Assembly: GCA_010909165.1 (NCBI GenBank)
Contig: VJWM01000116.1
Span: 496,001 to 560,000 of the forward strand
Source of the DNA: Anthoceros angustus
Lineage: Eukaryota; Plantae; Anthocerotophyta
Length of the DNA: 64,000 nucleotides
Reading direction: 5' to 3'
Shown one piece after another: positions 37,200-50,164 of this stretch. Numbering within the stretch: the first letter of the stretch is position 1; each line of letters opens with the position of its first letter. The notes beneath the pieces were generated by a model. The model worked only from the letters and a program-made list of their open reading frames with translations, did no database searches and was not told the DNA's origin. The position numbers and the translations under genes were made by a program.

Positions 37200-40100
37200 A
37201 GCACAAGTCCATTCCCCGCGAACAAACCCCGTACTACATCGACATTTAGTGCGCCGGCTAGTCCGCTAGCAAAAGTCCGTTTACATAGCCCGAGGCCATT
37301 TGGCCCCTCATCCTCCCACCCAGATATTTGCCGGTCATCCGACTGGTGTTCGCAGCGCCTTCATACGCGTGACTCTAGCAAGCTTCACCTCGCCATACTC
37401 CCATCCCGAACCGGTTGTCCACCACCTTCGCCATGTCAAGGCAATGGCTTCCTCTCGGTGAAAGGTGCTGTGCCATGAGTCCTACCGCTATTTTGAAAAA
37501 GCTTTGTTTGCAAAGGCCCAGTTGTCATTTACTCCTCTTGGCCGGAAAGCTACCGATGCGGTACATGCTACTTGCCCATAATCGAACAATTTTCTCGACC
37601 ACAACCTTGAGACTTGGGAGCAAGTTTCATGTCCCATTGGTTACGTCGCGTTACTCATGATGTATTATATTGCCCACATGGCGCACCGCTCTCAATCGCC
37701 CATTCGCATTTTACCATTAATCATCGTCTTCCGACCAAAGATTGCCTTGTGCATCCGGAGGAGGAGACAATAGACTATAATGGCAAACCAATCACCATAC
37801 ATGATTTATTCCACTTTCACGCGTGACTCGAGTGTGCAAGGGTGACTTGTCATGTCGGTCAGCGGTATGGACGGGCACCAAACCATACCCATCCATTCCG
37901 CCAAGCGGACAAGGCAGTCATCGAGTTTTATTGCGTGTGATGGGAAGTACAAGTAGTGATCAAGGATGAAGGACTTTCCCATCCCAATGTTTAATTACGG
38001 TAAGCATATGTCCCCACATTGTGAAACCGTCCCTGCTCACACTCACGACTCGTGCCCCAGGCGGCAAGAGCCAAGGGACGATGCCCTCCATACCGTCCTT
38101 GATGGTAGGCGAGGGAGAGCAACCTCCATCCATCATCCTCGATGGCCATCGTCATTGGGAATTGCAGCCCTTGTCCTTAATGGCCATCGTCGGTTTCCAC
38201 CACCGAGCAACAATAATGTGCACACACGCGCAATGATCCACAAGACACATTCGGAAGGTGGCGGTTTTGACTTATCACGGATTCCACAAACACTTTATGC
38301 ATGGACTTGGGTAGGTAGGGCCAAAAAGTGTTCACATCCGGCCTCACGGTGAACCCCCATACCGTGTGTGGTCACGAACACCATGCCACCACATGTGGAA
38401 GGAACCACCTCGCCACCGAGCAAGTCCCCACGAGGATAGCCACGATGAGCGCTACGCTCACGCCAGGTGACACGCCCTCCAACCTTTGCAAAGGATCCTT
38501 GATGGCCATCAGCGGTATTTCTAGTTGTGCACACGAAGATGGAGACATGAACACACGCCTCGTGGTGCGAACTACCACTCCACGCCCATTTAGGTTTCCG
38601 CGGAAGCTAGCTCGGCATCGTCAACATGTCCATCATACATGGCATAAGGTAGCAAGGGAGGCGCATGCGGGCATGTTTCCAGAAAACAGGCTCGCCCTGC
38701 GAGGATGACCAAGAGAAAGGTAGTAGCGTGAAGCGAGGGCAAGGTGGTGACATTTAAAGCGGACCACCACCTTCTGACCTCTTGTGCCCCGAGCCACATC
38801 GGGTTGCGGATGAGAGGATCTTGAATTTCAACCTTCCTTACATGTGACAAACCAAACATGGCGAGGCTTTGATGGCGGCCAATAACATGATTCTTTGGTA
38901 AATGCAATGAGTGTGAAAAGTTTGTTTTCATGTCTCCTAAGGGCTGGAAATCCTTTGCGGCGGTCGCGCCATAGTGTCGGAGCCGTCACCTAGGTGCCGC
39001 GTACATTATACGTTACGCCATGTGGCCGCGCATGATTGGTGGAGGCGAGAATGGGAGTCTCGAGCGATGGACATCATTATCTAGGAGAGCGGAATTGGCA
39101 TATATATGGCAAATTCACATACGGAATGATCCTTCATTCATGGCATAATGAAAGGGGCATTTAGTTTGCTTGAATGGCTCTCACGTGCCACCACCGTCCT
39201 TGCACAATGGTGTAGATGTTGATATAGATTATTAAAAGCGATTGGAGCAAGCGTCGGTTCAAGCGACCTTGGACGTGGCATGTTTTCTTCCATGCCATGA
39301 GTTTTCAATTATTCTAATGGCTTGCACCCACCTTCCTTGGACCATGGTGGAGGAGAATTTTATTTGAGAGAAAGGGAACCATTGTCCTTGGTTCATGGCG
39401 GGTTGTAAGATGGCCATGACCTTGTCATGGCATGGCACTTCCTTGGTCATCGCCACTCGAAATCGCATTGCAAACACTTGTCCTTGGGTCACGAAATGGT
39501 CATAAAAAGCGGGGACTATATATGGCATGCATGGAGGAATGGCATCGTGGACAAGGAAGGTGTGTTTGTGTGCGCCGTGCACAAACAGAAGGTGGCAGGC
39601 AAGGCAGGAGCCAGGCGGCATGGCATAGGCATGCCACCGTAGTCCCCCTTCTTGGATGGAAACAGCGGATGGTCCTAGCGGCAAGTGAGGTGGGGCACGT
39701 GGAGAATCAGAGTTTCGAAGTGGAGAGGGTGGATGATCATCGCGTGGAGGCGGGGAGGCGGCGAGAGAGGTCGGGTCTTTGGAGGAGCAACTTCCAGCGG
39801 TGGAGTCTGCCAAGAGGAGGATCTTTGAGAAAGCGGCCGCAAGAGTGGGTGTCTCTAATAGGTGGGGAGCTATGGCTGCTGCAGGAGAGAATCAAAACTT
39901 TCGGAGGAGGAATCGCGTGACATCGGAGGAGGAGGAATTTGGCGTGAGTCAGGAGAAAGAGGGCTGGTGATCGGGAGGAGCATGGTGGTGCTGCCCAAGA
40001 GGCCGGCCGTGTGGTGGAGAGAGGCCATTGGTCTTGTGGACCTTCGGTGGCGATGGATAACCCCAACAACGTGGGAGGAGGATGCTGTGGAGGAGAAGCT

Positions 40101-41030
40101 GCTGCCACAGGGGTGGGCGGTCTCTTGGAGGAGGCGGTTGCGGAGGCCAAGGTGCATATATGATGGTCGGGGAGGCGGTGAGGAGAAGGACACGGTGGCG
40201 GCAATGATGGAAGCGCGCGAGGCGGATGTGGAGATGGCGGATGATGAGGTGGAGACATACACTACATTGCCACTACAGTGGAGAATTGATGGGGCGGTTG
40301 GCGGTAAGCCACTAGGCAGCGTCATTCTTTGTCTGTGCATGGTGGTGGAGTGTACATGGCATGAGCGGTTATGCGATGGAGGTTGGGTGGAGAATGAGGA
40401 GGAGGAGGAGTTGGTGAGGAAGACGGTTGAGGAGCCTTGAAGTGTGTGTTGGAAGCAAGGGAAGAGATGGGGAAGGAGAAGGCGGTGAATTGAAGCATGG
40501 TGGTGGAAGGAAGAAGGGAAGGAGTGAGAGAGATGGGACCAAGGTGGGGCAAAGGAGTTGAGAGGAGTGGTGGGAGGGGGAAGATGAGTTGAGCGAAGGA
40601 TGGATTGGAGAGAATCGAAGTGGAGTGGTCGTTGAGGCATGGAATGCTTGGGAGAAGGTTGGTGCGGCGTGGTGATATGGGGTGAGCTCTAAGTGATGTG
40701 TGGCATGATTGTAGGGAGAAGGGAAGGAAATGGTGGAAGGTGAAGGCCATGTCGGGGAAGGCAATACTGGAGAGAAGGAAGATGGAGGAAAGGTGGCAAG
40801 CGGGGCGCCGTGATCTGGACGGAATGGTGAATGTGTGATGGCATTTCTCTTGATCTCGTGAGTCGATGCGATGCGTGGGTGGACGGTGATGGTCAATCGG
40901 CAACAAGCAGATGGAATTGGTATTCCCACCTTTAGCCTAGCATTCTGAGGGTCCTCTGCCGAAAGTGGTGATTGAGGCTGGATAGGTCTAGGAAGTTGTG
41001 GAGGAACCACGAAAACAATGGTGTTGGTCG
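37200..41030 (-). pseudogene. Degenerate ORF(s) of unknown function with Pro/Ser-rich and Cys/His-rich segments, probably transposon cargo
   Basis: Chain of minus-strand ORF fragments (39259-39813, 38590-38931, LWIIARVCTH near 38230). No family confidently recognised. Confidence 0.35.
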
Positions 41031-41533
41031 AAGAGTCACCAAGTGGCGTCGCAGTTTAGAGGCACATGTTTGTATTGCCAAGGCATATGTTCATATCACT
41101 TGAAAGGCGACATGTTGTAGTTAAAGCCAATGGCATCGGTGGCAACAAAAAAGGGATAGAGGGGCGCTTGAAGTGTCCAAAAATTCCAATTAATTTGTCA
41201 ATAAAATCAAACACATATATATATGCAAGGTATGAGAGTATAAGGTTAGCACATACATATTAGTACATAAACAAGTCTTGAAGCCTATATACGTATATCA
41301 TTATACAAAGGAGGCATATATAAGTACACTAATATAATATAAGTACTAATATAATATAAATATGTACGGATGTGTACATATATATGTACACATGCTTACC
41401 TATACAAAGGATATGCAAAGGAGGTAAAATAGGAAGAGAAGGAAAGGGCTATAACTTAGCACCTTCTCTTTATGACTGATTGAAGTAGCAAACTCTTACA
41501 ATTGACGCCTCTTTTGTCTCGCCAAGATTGCCT

Positions 41534-44500
41534 TGTACTGGACTTTTGGGGTTAAGAAATAAGTAGGGTTTTTTTTTCGTAGGTTCAAGAATAAAATAAG
41601 GCGGAAAGGAGGAATAAGCATGGATAGCGCTCGGTTGGACTCGGAGTATACTCCGGACTCGGAGGGCAACGCCGGAACCACCATGGCAAGCACTCGGACT
41701 ACGTCGGTGTGGATAAGTCCGGACCCCTCCGGTCAAAGCAGGATAAATCGCCGAAAGTAACTTAGGGTTGAGTCGTGAGGACGGACTAAGCGGCGCCCGT
41801 GGGCGGCCACAGGAGTGGAGGTCGGCATGCGGCGGGCGAGCCTTGCGGGGCCGTTATAGCAGTATTCACGCCGCGGGCTGCAGCGGCGGCGTAAGGCGTG
41901 CAGCGTAAGGCGGCGAAAGGCGGGCGTAAGGTCGAGAATAAGCTATGCGTACAGCGATTCTGAGGGAAGGGCGCCTTCAGCCCGGTTACTCCCAAAGCGC
42001 GGTCGAAGGAAGGTCATTTCGGCTGTGACCTCGAGACAATTCTCGCGATCTCTTGCGCTCGCAACCCGGCTCTGGCGCTATCTCTTTGAGGGCCCAAGCA
42101 TCTTCGGCGTGGCTCACCGTGAGTTGGAGGCGACAGCGGCGAGGCGCATCGTGCCCGGCCGGACTCGTCGCCGGCTGACAGGGATAAGATGGCACCCAAA
42201 AGCTGCGGAGGTTTGGGAGCCATGGAACCTCGTAAGCGCAACATTGTGACGGCGCTATTGACTTTGGGCCCGGCTGGAGGCGGGGGAATTAGTCGAGGAG
42301 TGGCACTGGATGTGTTCCGGTATGCAGACGTTCACAGCGTCACTCTGGTCCGGAGTTCGGAAGATGTTGGCGCGGCCAACAAGGAGGTTCGGTCAAGAAC
42401 CTCGGGAGGACCAGCGATGGACCTTGGAGGTCTGAGGCGACCTACCGCCAAAGGAGGAAGGGGCGTGGTTCAGGCCCCTCAAGGCGGAAGATAGGGCCGA
42501 CAGCAGTGGCGATCTTTGAGGCACAGAGCGGCGGACAACCAGGTGGTTGATATCGGACCTGGACCCGGTAGAGTAGCATGGCCGGATTATTGTCCATTGG
42601 AACTGCTCACCAAGGTGGATCACCTTGGTGATAACTATTGGTATTCTGCATGCGCTTCGGTAGGAAGAGGCGGGGGGGAAGGATTATCTTGGTTGATCGA
42701 GGCCCATGTGAGGCGAAGCCCTCGCCATCCAGGGCATCCCCATACGATTCATGGGGACATTTGAGCTCTGAAGGAGGGAGATCGGCGCTCGGGAAGGGGC
42801 TGGAGGCCTGCCGGAAGTGGAGGCGTGCAAGGCGCCCGGTGGGGCCGACCCTCTAAGGCCAAGCGGACCGGGAGGAGGGGCAGGAGGATTCGGGACTCCA
42901 TAAATGCAGAGCGGACCCCTCACCACCCGAAGTATGGGAGGAAATCCCTTCCCTTCTCAGTGCCTCCTGGAGCAACAGCGGCGGGAGGGAGCAGCGGAGG
43001 CGGGAGTTGGCGGTTGCGACTCCGTAGCCAACCCGTACCGCGTGCGGCCCAGCCGCCGGACTCGGCGGGAAGAGGCGCAAGGCAGGCGTCTGTGACCTCG
43101 GGCGGTGCAGTGCCTACCCACCTTGCAGGTGCTGGAGGAGGCGGAAAGGGATCTGCCCGAGGCGGAGGTCCTTGGCGGCCGCACCAGCAGTCTGTCCCGG
43201 CGGGGAAGGGGCAAAAGGGCTAGCTCCGGACCCCTCACCCCTCCGAGCCCGGGGAGGGCAAATAAAGGCTCCGGCCAAGAGGGCCAAGGAGGGTGGCTCG
43301 GGAGCTCGGGACCTAAGGGTCTGATTAGGTCCGAGAACCCGAGGACTTACTCGGGCTGGTATGGAGGTCCTTGGCGGTGAAATGCCCTCCACTCACGGAC
43401 TTTGTGGGGGCCTCACGAGCGGCCGTGGAAGAAACACAGGCGGGTCACAGCTACGTCATGGGCCGGTATGCTTTGGGGTCTCTGGGACGGTAGAAGACCC
43501 GGAGGTAGAAGCCACCGGGCGTATGGTGCTCCTCCGGGAGGCGGTTGGAGGGGCCAGGAGGCAGGAGGAAGGCCGGCTCTCGGCCGCATCGAGGAAGGAA
43601 GGGGAGGCGGAGGAAGTCTGGTCCATCCAGGCGGACTAAATTCCTTGGTGGGTGGCGGTGAGCGAGCCTGAGAGGCCCAAGCAGGCGGAAGACCTCTGCG
43701 GGCGGAGGAGGCGAGGCCGGGCGCAAGAAGGCTCGTGGCTGGCGGGCCCGGCAGGCGGCAAATGGGCGGCTCGGTGAAAGCGGCAAGGAGGCGGGCCACT
43801 AAAGGCCGCCGGGATCACTATCGGCGTGATCGGGCCGGTGGAGGAGGCGAGGATAGCTGCTAACTGAAGAAGGAGGCGGGCGGGAGGCGGGTGTGGGCAG
43901 CCATGCCGAGGAGGGAGGCACGGCAGGAGATGGAGGATCTCCGGTCTCGGTGCGTGAGTGGGCTTGCGGGAGATGGAAGACCGCAAGGAGACCACAGGCT
44001 GCGGCTCAAAACTACCATTGAGGAATGGTAGTGCGGGCGTGATCGCGGATCCTGACGAGAAATAGCTCGGCTCTGTTGGACGGGCGGTCTGGCGATGGAG
44101 CAGGAGCGGGGCGTCGCCCGAAATGGAGAAGGACACAAGCGAGGCCGCGATCGAGCGAGTTGCCCGGCCACTTTGGAGAGGAGATGGCGGAGTTAACGGC
44201 GGGAATGAGCGGAGGAGGCGTGTCATACGCGTGACAATCAATCTGCACTTGGGTTTAGTGTTGATTAGCATTAATTAATCTAATTACTTATCTTTAAGTA
44301 AGTAATTAGTGTTAATCTAAAAGTGTTAATTAAGCGTTGATTAGTGTTAATTAATCTAATGTGCTTATGTTAATTAAGCATTGATTAGTGTTAATTAAAC
44401 ATGGTTATGTAGCTAAGTGGATAAGCTCAAGTAATATGCTTTGGCATATTCCTTGCATATTATAGTGTATTCTTAGGATACAATAGCTAAGTGGATAAGC

Positions 44501-46342
44501 TCAATATGCTTTGGCATATTCCTTGCATATTATAGTGTATTCTTAGGATATTTACATGCGATGCCAATAGGATATCTTAGGAATATGCCGATGCCGAGGT
44601 CTAGTATATATAGACCCTTCCATTGAGACAAGCTCGGATCATAGCTTGTCCTCTAGATGTCTGAATGCAAGAGCGTTGTGAGGAGGTCACGCGAGCCAGC
44701 ACTCTGAGCTCCCCTCCCGGTGAAGGGGCAAAATAGCTCTGACCCCTCACCCCTCCGAGCCCTGTGACTAAGAGGGAAAAAAAGCGCAAGAGGGCTAAGG
44801 AGGGTGAAGCTGAGTCAAAGACTCGTGACCTAAGGGTCCCGATTAGGTCCGAGAACCCACCGACTTACTCCGGATCGCGGTATGGAGGTCCGGACTGGAA
44901 ATGCCCGCCTCCACTACGGACTTTGTGGGAGCCTCATCTGGCGGAAGAAACACGGCCTGGCCACTGGACGAGGCTTTGGGGTCTCGGGATACCGAGAAGA
45001 CCTGGAGGTAGAAGCCACCCGAGGCGATGGTGCTCCTCCAGAGCTTGAGGGGCCCAGGAGGCAAGGAGGAAGGCCAAGCTCTCGGCCGACGAGGAAGGGA
45101 AACGGGGAGGCCGAGAGGAAGTCTCGTCCATCCGAGTGACAAAATTCCTTCACCGGGTGAGCAACAAGGCATGTGAGGCCAAGCACGGCGGAAGACCTCT
45201 GCAGTGAGGGAGTAGCGCAGCAGAGGCAGAGGAGGCCGGGCGCAAGCGGAGAAGGCTGGCCGCGAGGCGGCCTGACCGAAGGCCAAATGGGCGAAGCTGT
45301 GAAGGCAAGGAGGCGGTCATTAAGATCGACCGGATCACTATCGGCGGATCGGAACCGTGGAGGGAGACGCAGGATAGCCGCGCTAACCCAAGAAGGAGCA
45401 GGAGGCGGGAGTGGTGGGGGCCACCATGCCGAGGAGGAGGAAGCACGCGCAAGGAGATGGAGGATCTCCTCACCAAGGTGAGAACGCCAGGGAGATGGAA
45501 GACCGCAAGGAGACCAGAGTATCCAAACTACCATTGAGAGGAATGGTAGTTCGCGTGATCGCGGATCACAAGCGAGAATAGAGCTCCCGGCTACATGACG
45601 GGCGAGACGGCGATGGAACAGGAGCAGGACGCCAAATGGAGAAGGACTCAAGGAGGCGCGATGATCGCGAGTTGCCCATCACGGAGAGGAGATGGCGGAG
45701 TACCGCGAATGAGCGGACGCCGCGTGATTAATCTACGCACTTGGGTTTAGTGTTTGATTAGACATTAATCTAATTACTTATCTTTAAGTAAGTAATTGGT
45801 GTTAATTAATCTAAAGTGCTTATGTTAATTAGCGTTGATTAGAGTTAATTAATCTAATTATATTAATTAAGCATTGATTAGTGTTAATTAAACATAGTGA
45901 TAGCTAAGTGATAGCTCAAGTAATATGCTCCATATCCTTGCACATATTATAGTGTATTCTTAGGATACATAGCTAAGTGGATAAGCTCAGTAATACGCTT
46001 TGCGTATTGTACGTATTATAGTGTATTCTTAGGATATTCCATAGGTCACGCCAATAGGGACATATCCGTATGCCTGTCAGTCTAGTATAGACCCTTCCAT
46101 TGAGACAAGCTCGGATCCAGCTTGTCCTCCAGATATCTGCAAAGAGCTGAGGAGAGGCCAGCTATGACTCAGAGCGATGTGTGAGGAATTCTAGTTGTTC
46201 TGTGGGAGTGTGTTTGTGCCGCAATGCATCGTAGCTCCTCCCTCGTTGTTTTGGTTTGCCTATATACCTGCGTATTAGATTTGTTTGCTTGGTTGTTGGT
46301 CGAGGAAGTGCTTATATGAATTCAGTGCTTACTCGTATGACA
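41534..46342 (+). mobile_element. Long LTR-like element (TG...CA) with an internal ~1.45-kb tandem duplication
   Basis: Starts TGTA, ends TGACA. GC-rich body, then a TTAATTAA-rich block and CTAGTATA(TATA)GACCCTTCC at 44601 and 46082. About 43220-44700 is repeated at about 44730-46160. No TSD found. Confidence 0.55.
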
Positions 46343-48314
46343 GACCCCAGAGCATACCGTCCATGATGGCAAGCTGTGACCTGCGTGTCTCTTCCACGGT
46401 GCCTTGTGAGACCCCCAAAAGTCCAGATTGTGGGAGGCGGGCATCTCTCGATCCGCCAAGGACCTCCATACTGCAGCCCCACGAGTCCGGGGCTGGGCCT
46501 CTGGACCTAATCGGAGTCCCTTTAGGGTCCCGAAAGTGTGGAGGTCAGGAGCCTCACCTCCTTGGCCTCTGGCCGCCACTTTATTCGCCTCTTAGTCACG
46601 GGGCTCGGAGGGTGAGGGTTGGAGCCCCCTTGCCTCCTGTCGACATGTGACTGGCCCCTGTGGGGTTGCCGGTGACTTCCCTGCTCCTGAGCGGCTTCCC
46701 TTCGCCTTCCGCCTCACCTCTTGCCACTCATTGGGTGGTGGGTAAGGTACAGGCCGTCAGGTCGCCAGGTGGCACGCCTCTTCCTTGGGTGCCCCGGGCG
46801 AGTTCTGCCGGGCTCATCGGGTTGGGTGGTGGTGGCACTGCCGGTAGTCTCTCCCGCCCCACCTTTGGCTGCGCTCGGTGGGGCACAGAGAGGGAAGCGG
46901 GATATCTTCCACACTTCCCTAGGTGGTGAGGGGTCCGCTCATGGGCGGGTCGTATCCTCGATCTCCTCCTCCGGACCTGGCCTCTAGGGGCCTGCCTCTA
47001 CCGGCGCCTTGCCTGCGCTGTAGGGCCAACCCTTCGAGCGCCCCGCTTCTTCTTCCCCTCCTTCGAGGAAGTCGTAATGTCCCCACACATGGATCATGGG
47101 ATAGTCACGGAGGTGGCCGCACTCGGCCATGGGGCCTCTGGCCGAACTGGCGAAGATATGATCCTTCCCGCCGCCTCTTGCCTCGCAGCAATGCGGGAAC
47201 ACTAAATCACCAAGGTGATCCACCTTGGTGAGCAAGTTCCGGATAATGATCCGGGCCATTGCCTCACCCTCCGTCTGTTGCCGGTCCGACATCAACCAAA
47301 TTGGTCATGCCTGGCCAGACGCCGGCCGCCTTCTATCTTTCCCCGCCTGAGGGTTCCGACTACGCCCCCGATCTTCTCGTCACGGCCGCCTCAGACCTCT
47401 CCAAGGTCCACCTCCTCGGGATCCTCCGGAGGTTCTTGATCCTCCGGAGGTTCTTGGATCGAACCTCCTGCTGGCCGCCAACATCTTAGGCGAACTCCTG
47501 GACTAGGGTGACATCTTGTCAAATGTCCAGATGCCGGAACACGCCTAGGTACCACTCTTGACCAATCCTCCGCCTCCTCCGGCCGGCCCAAAGTCCGGAT
47601 GGCCGGGTGACAATGCGCTCTACGAGTTCCATGGCGCCCATACCTGTGACCTTCTTGGGTCCCATCGCCTTCTTCTCCTTACTCCAGCAGCGGATTGTAG
47701 GATCGGCGCGATCGCCCTCTTGACTGCGTTGGCTCCAGCCCCAGCGGTGAGCAGCGAGTGCTGGCGTTCGGAGATAGCGCCGGGCGAGGTTGCAGGCCTG
47801 TACGGGTGTCTAAAGTCGCACGATGACCCTCCTCGGCCCTGTGGCCCAGGGAGTAAATTGGGCGAGGTGCCTTCCACATCGTGCTTGCGGAGGTGCATGG
47901 CACTGCAGCCTTACGCCGCCAGCGTGCCTCGGCCTTCTGTTGGCCTTGCGGTCCATGGCGTGAATACACCTTATAGCGCCCCAACTCCCCAGTCTGGCTG
48001 CTGCACCCAGAGCCTCCATTCGGGGCCATCACGTGGCGCCGCTTCGAATCGACTTCACTAAATTGCTTTCCTGGCGTACTTATCCTGTTTGACCGGAGTG
48101 GGGTCCGGACTTATCCGATACCCGGTGGCGATGGGCTCGTCGTGGTGGTGCAGGGGTCCGTTACCCTCGGGGTCGTTACCACTCAGTCCGGAGTACACTC
48201 GAACCAGGTCACGGAGGTCAGGTCTTATTCCTCCTTTCCGCCTTATTTTACTCTTGGACCTCGAAAAAAACAAACCCAACTTATTCCTAACCCCAAAGAA
48301 GTGGTAGCCCTACA
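46343..48314 (-). mobile_element. Second, truncated and inverted copy of the same LTR-like element
   Basis: Its reverse complement matches 41534-43485 (AAAATAAGGCGGAAAGGAGGAATAAG; CTCACCAAGGTGGATCACCTTGGTGAT). Begins TGTAGGGC on the minus strand. Confidence 0.7.
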
Positions 48315-48559
48315 TCTTGTGGCGTGTTTACGAGGCCTATCGTTTACTGTGATGGGACAAGCTTTTGATCTAAACTGCTTGTAGTGGTTGATCAACGTAG
48401 GGCTAGCAACGCAAGTAGTCACATGTCGTTCAGGAGGCAAAGGGCATCTACAGGTGTCGGGCGGAAAGGTGGATCGTCCATCTAACGTTATCAAAGAAAG
48501 TTGCGCAGCAGTTGATGTGAAGGCAAGCTTTAAGGACGTCAGTGAGAAGGAATCAAAGG

Positions 48560-48830
48560 CCAAACATACTTGGCAGATATGTGGAGACTTGGCTGAGGAG
48601 GATCAGCAGAGAATTACCGGCATGTTAGAAAAGAATCGACAAGCATTTGCATTCAGCTGGGAGGAGCTGGGAAGATATGATCGCATAAAATTCAGAATTG
48701 GCAACACCACGATTGAGCCAGTATTAAGAAGAAGACACAAACTCAGTCCCTCAAAATGGGACATTGTAGACAAGCGACAAGAGTTGGAGCGATGTTTGAT
48801 CAGAAGTCGACTTCTCAGATGTCTGCTGAC
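48560..48830 (+). mobile_element. Ty3/gypsy pol fragment (region just before RT)
   Basis: LAEEDQQRITGMLEKNRQAFAFSWEELGRY...IEPVLRRRHKLS...LIRS, typical of the gypsy protease-RT junction. Confidence 0.65.
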
Positions 48831-49989
48831 CTGGTTGCCACTCAAAAGCAACAATATTTTGGAGAGTCAAGATTGGATTCAAGAAAAGGAAGTCTTCCTT
48901 CACTAAATTTGGGTTTATGAAGATGTGTGGAGAAGGCGGGAAAACTTGAGCAGCAAAGAGGGCTTCTCTATTCAATTTTGAGTAGGACTTTAAGAGGCAC
49001 GCCGACATTCATTGATGGTGGTGTGGAGTTGGTAAACCACTTTCAATAACAGCGATAGGACATTAAATTCCTGTATCTTAAGATAGCCAAAATTGAGTTT
49101 CCCAATATTGTCTGGATATGGAGATACCCAAATTAGACTAGAAAATAGTATCTTATGTGATTTGATGTGGTGGATCCAAATCCCTACAATGTCTTGACAA
49201 AGAACTCATGTGATTTTTTTCTTTCAAACATGGTAGAATCTTGCTTGATAGAGAAAAAATTCTGATCACTGCATAGTGGTGAGGTACAGTCTCATAGACC
49301 AGCTGGTGAGGTATCAAATCCGGGCATGGGTGGCGGCTCGAGAGATATGATAAGCGTGTTCACGTTAAAGAAATTAGCCAGTGTGACGTTGTCTTGAGAA
49401 AGAAGTTCTATGCTTTGATAAATTAAGTCATGGAATGATCTTCATTGATGAAGGGAAACAAAAACATTATCAAGTTTGTTCTCATTGTTCGCAATCAAAA
49501 CTGCATATTGACCTAACCGGCATACAAACTTAATCTTCATACTACAATAGTTTGTTGTTTATCATGACAGTCCATCCAAACTATGCAAATCCACAAACTT
49601 ACATCCTCCAACTTGCCAGATACCTAAGTTATCCCAAGTGTGCAAAACGAAAGATTTCATACCCAACCTAGGTGCATTATATCATAAGATATCTAAAATA
49701 TGACAATGGAGACTTTATTAAAAAGAAGAGATGGGAAAACCCATCTACTCCGAACCTAAGGAGGACAACCGACTAAAAGGACAAGAGCTAGGAGGCTAGC
49801 CCCTACGAATGCCAACCCCGAAGCTTCCTATCGTCCCGATTATGTCATGGTCCGAGATGAGGAAAGGCCTACCTACAATGCTCGAAAAATCTTCAAGTCC
49901 ACATCTGCGCGTGGGAGCGCTCACCCTCGACTAGGGCCACACCACTGGGACCTCCGCTCCCCATGAAGGGAGCGAAGTTGAGTGGGGGA

Positions 49990-50150
49990 TAAATCGGAGG
50001 GACATGAGGCCGAATCTCAATGGATCGTAGCAGCAAGGCTACTTTGCCACGTACAATACCTCGTCCCAAAATTAAGTCGTCTGCAAAGGATTTGACTCCC
50101 CGTTCGACTGGAATTGCAATTCAAAGCGCCTGCGTACGGCGCTGCCAATG
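49990..50150 (-). rRNA. Orphan fragment of the 3' end of nuclear 25S/26S rRNA; the adjacent ~49780-49989 is probably 3' ETS
   Basis: Minus strand reads TTGAATTGCAATTCC...AATCCTTTGCAGACGACTTAA...GGTATTGTACGTGGCAAAGTAGCCTTGCTGCTACGATCCATTGAGATTC, the conserved plant LSU 3' terminus. No other rRNA sequence seen in the window. Confidence 0.9.
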
Positions 50151-50164
50151 ATGCCACGTCTCTT

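Larger units (their letters stand above)
21580..41410. mobile_element. Putative large multi-gene DNA transposon (Sola-like transposase plus cargo ORFs); boundaries uncertain
   Basis: Continuous block of non-host ORF remnants around a DD(D/E) transposase, bounded by AT/TA-rich tracts. Only a weak candidate terminal inverted match. Confidence 0.5.

Noticed and set aside
41534-48314. DIRS/tyrosine-recombinase element suggested by inverted termini
   Set aside because: No RT, RNase H or recombinase motifs between the arms.
49780-50150. Functional rDNA unit or linked 5S gene
   Set aside because: Only the last ~160 nt of 26S are present; no 18S, 5.8S or 5S sequence recognised.
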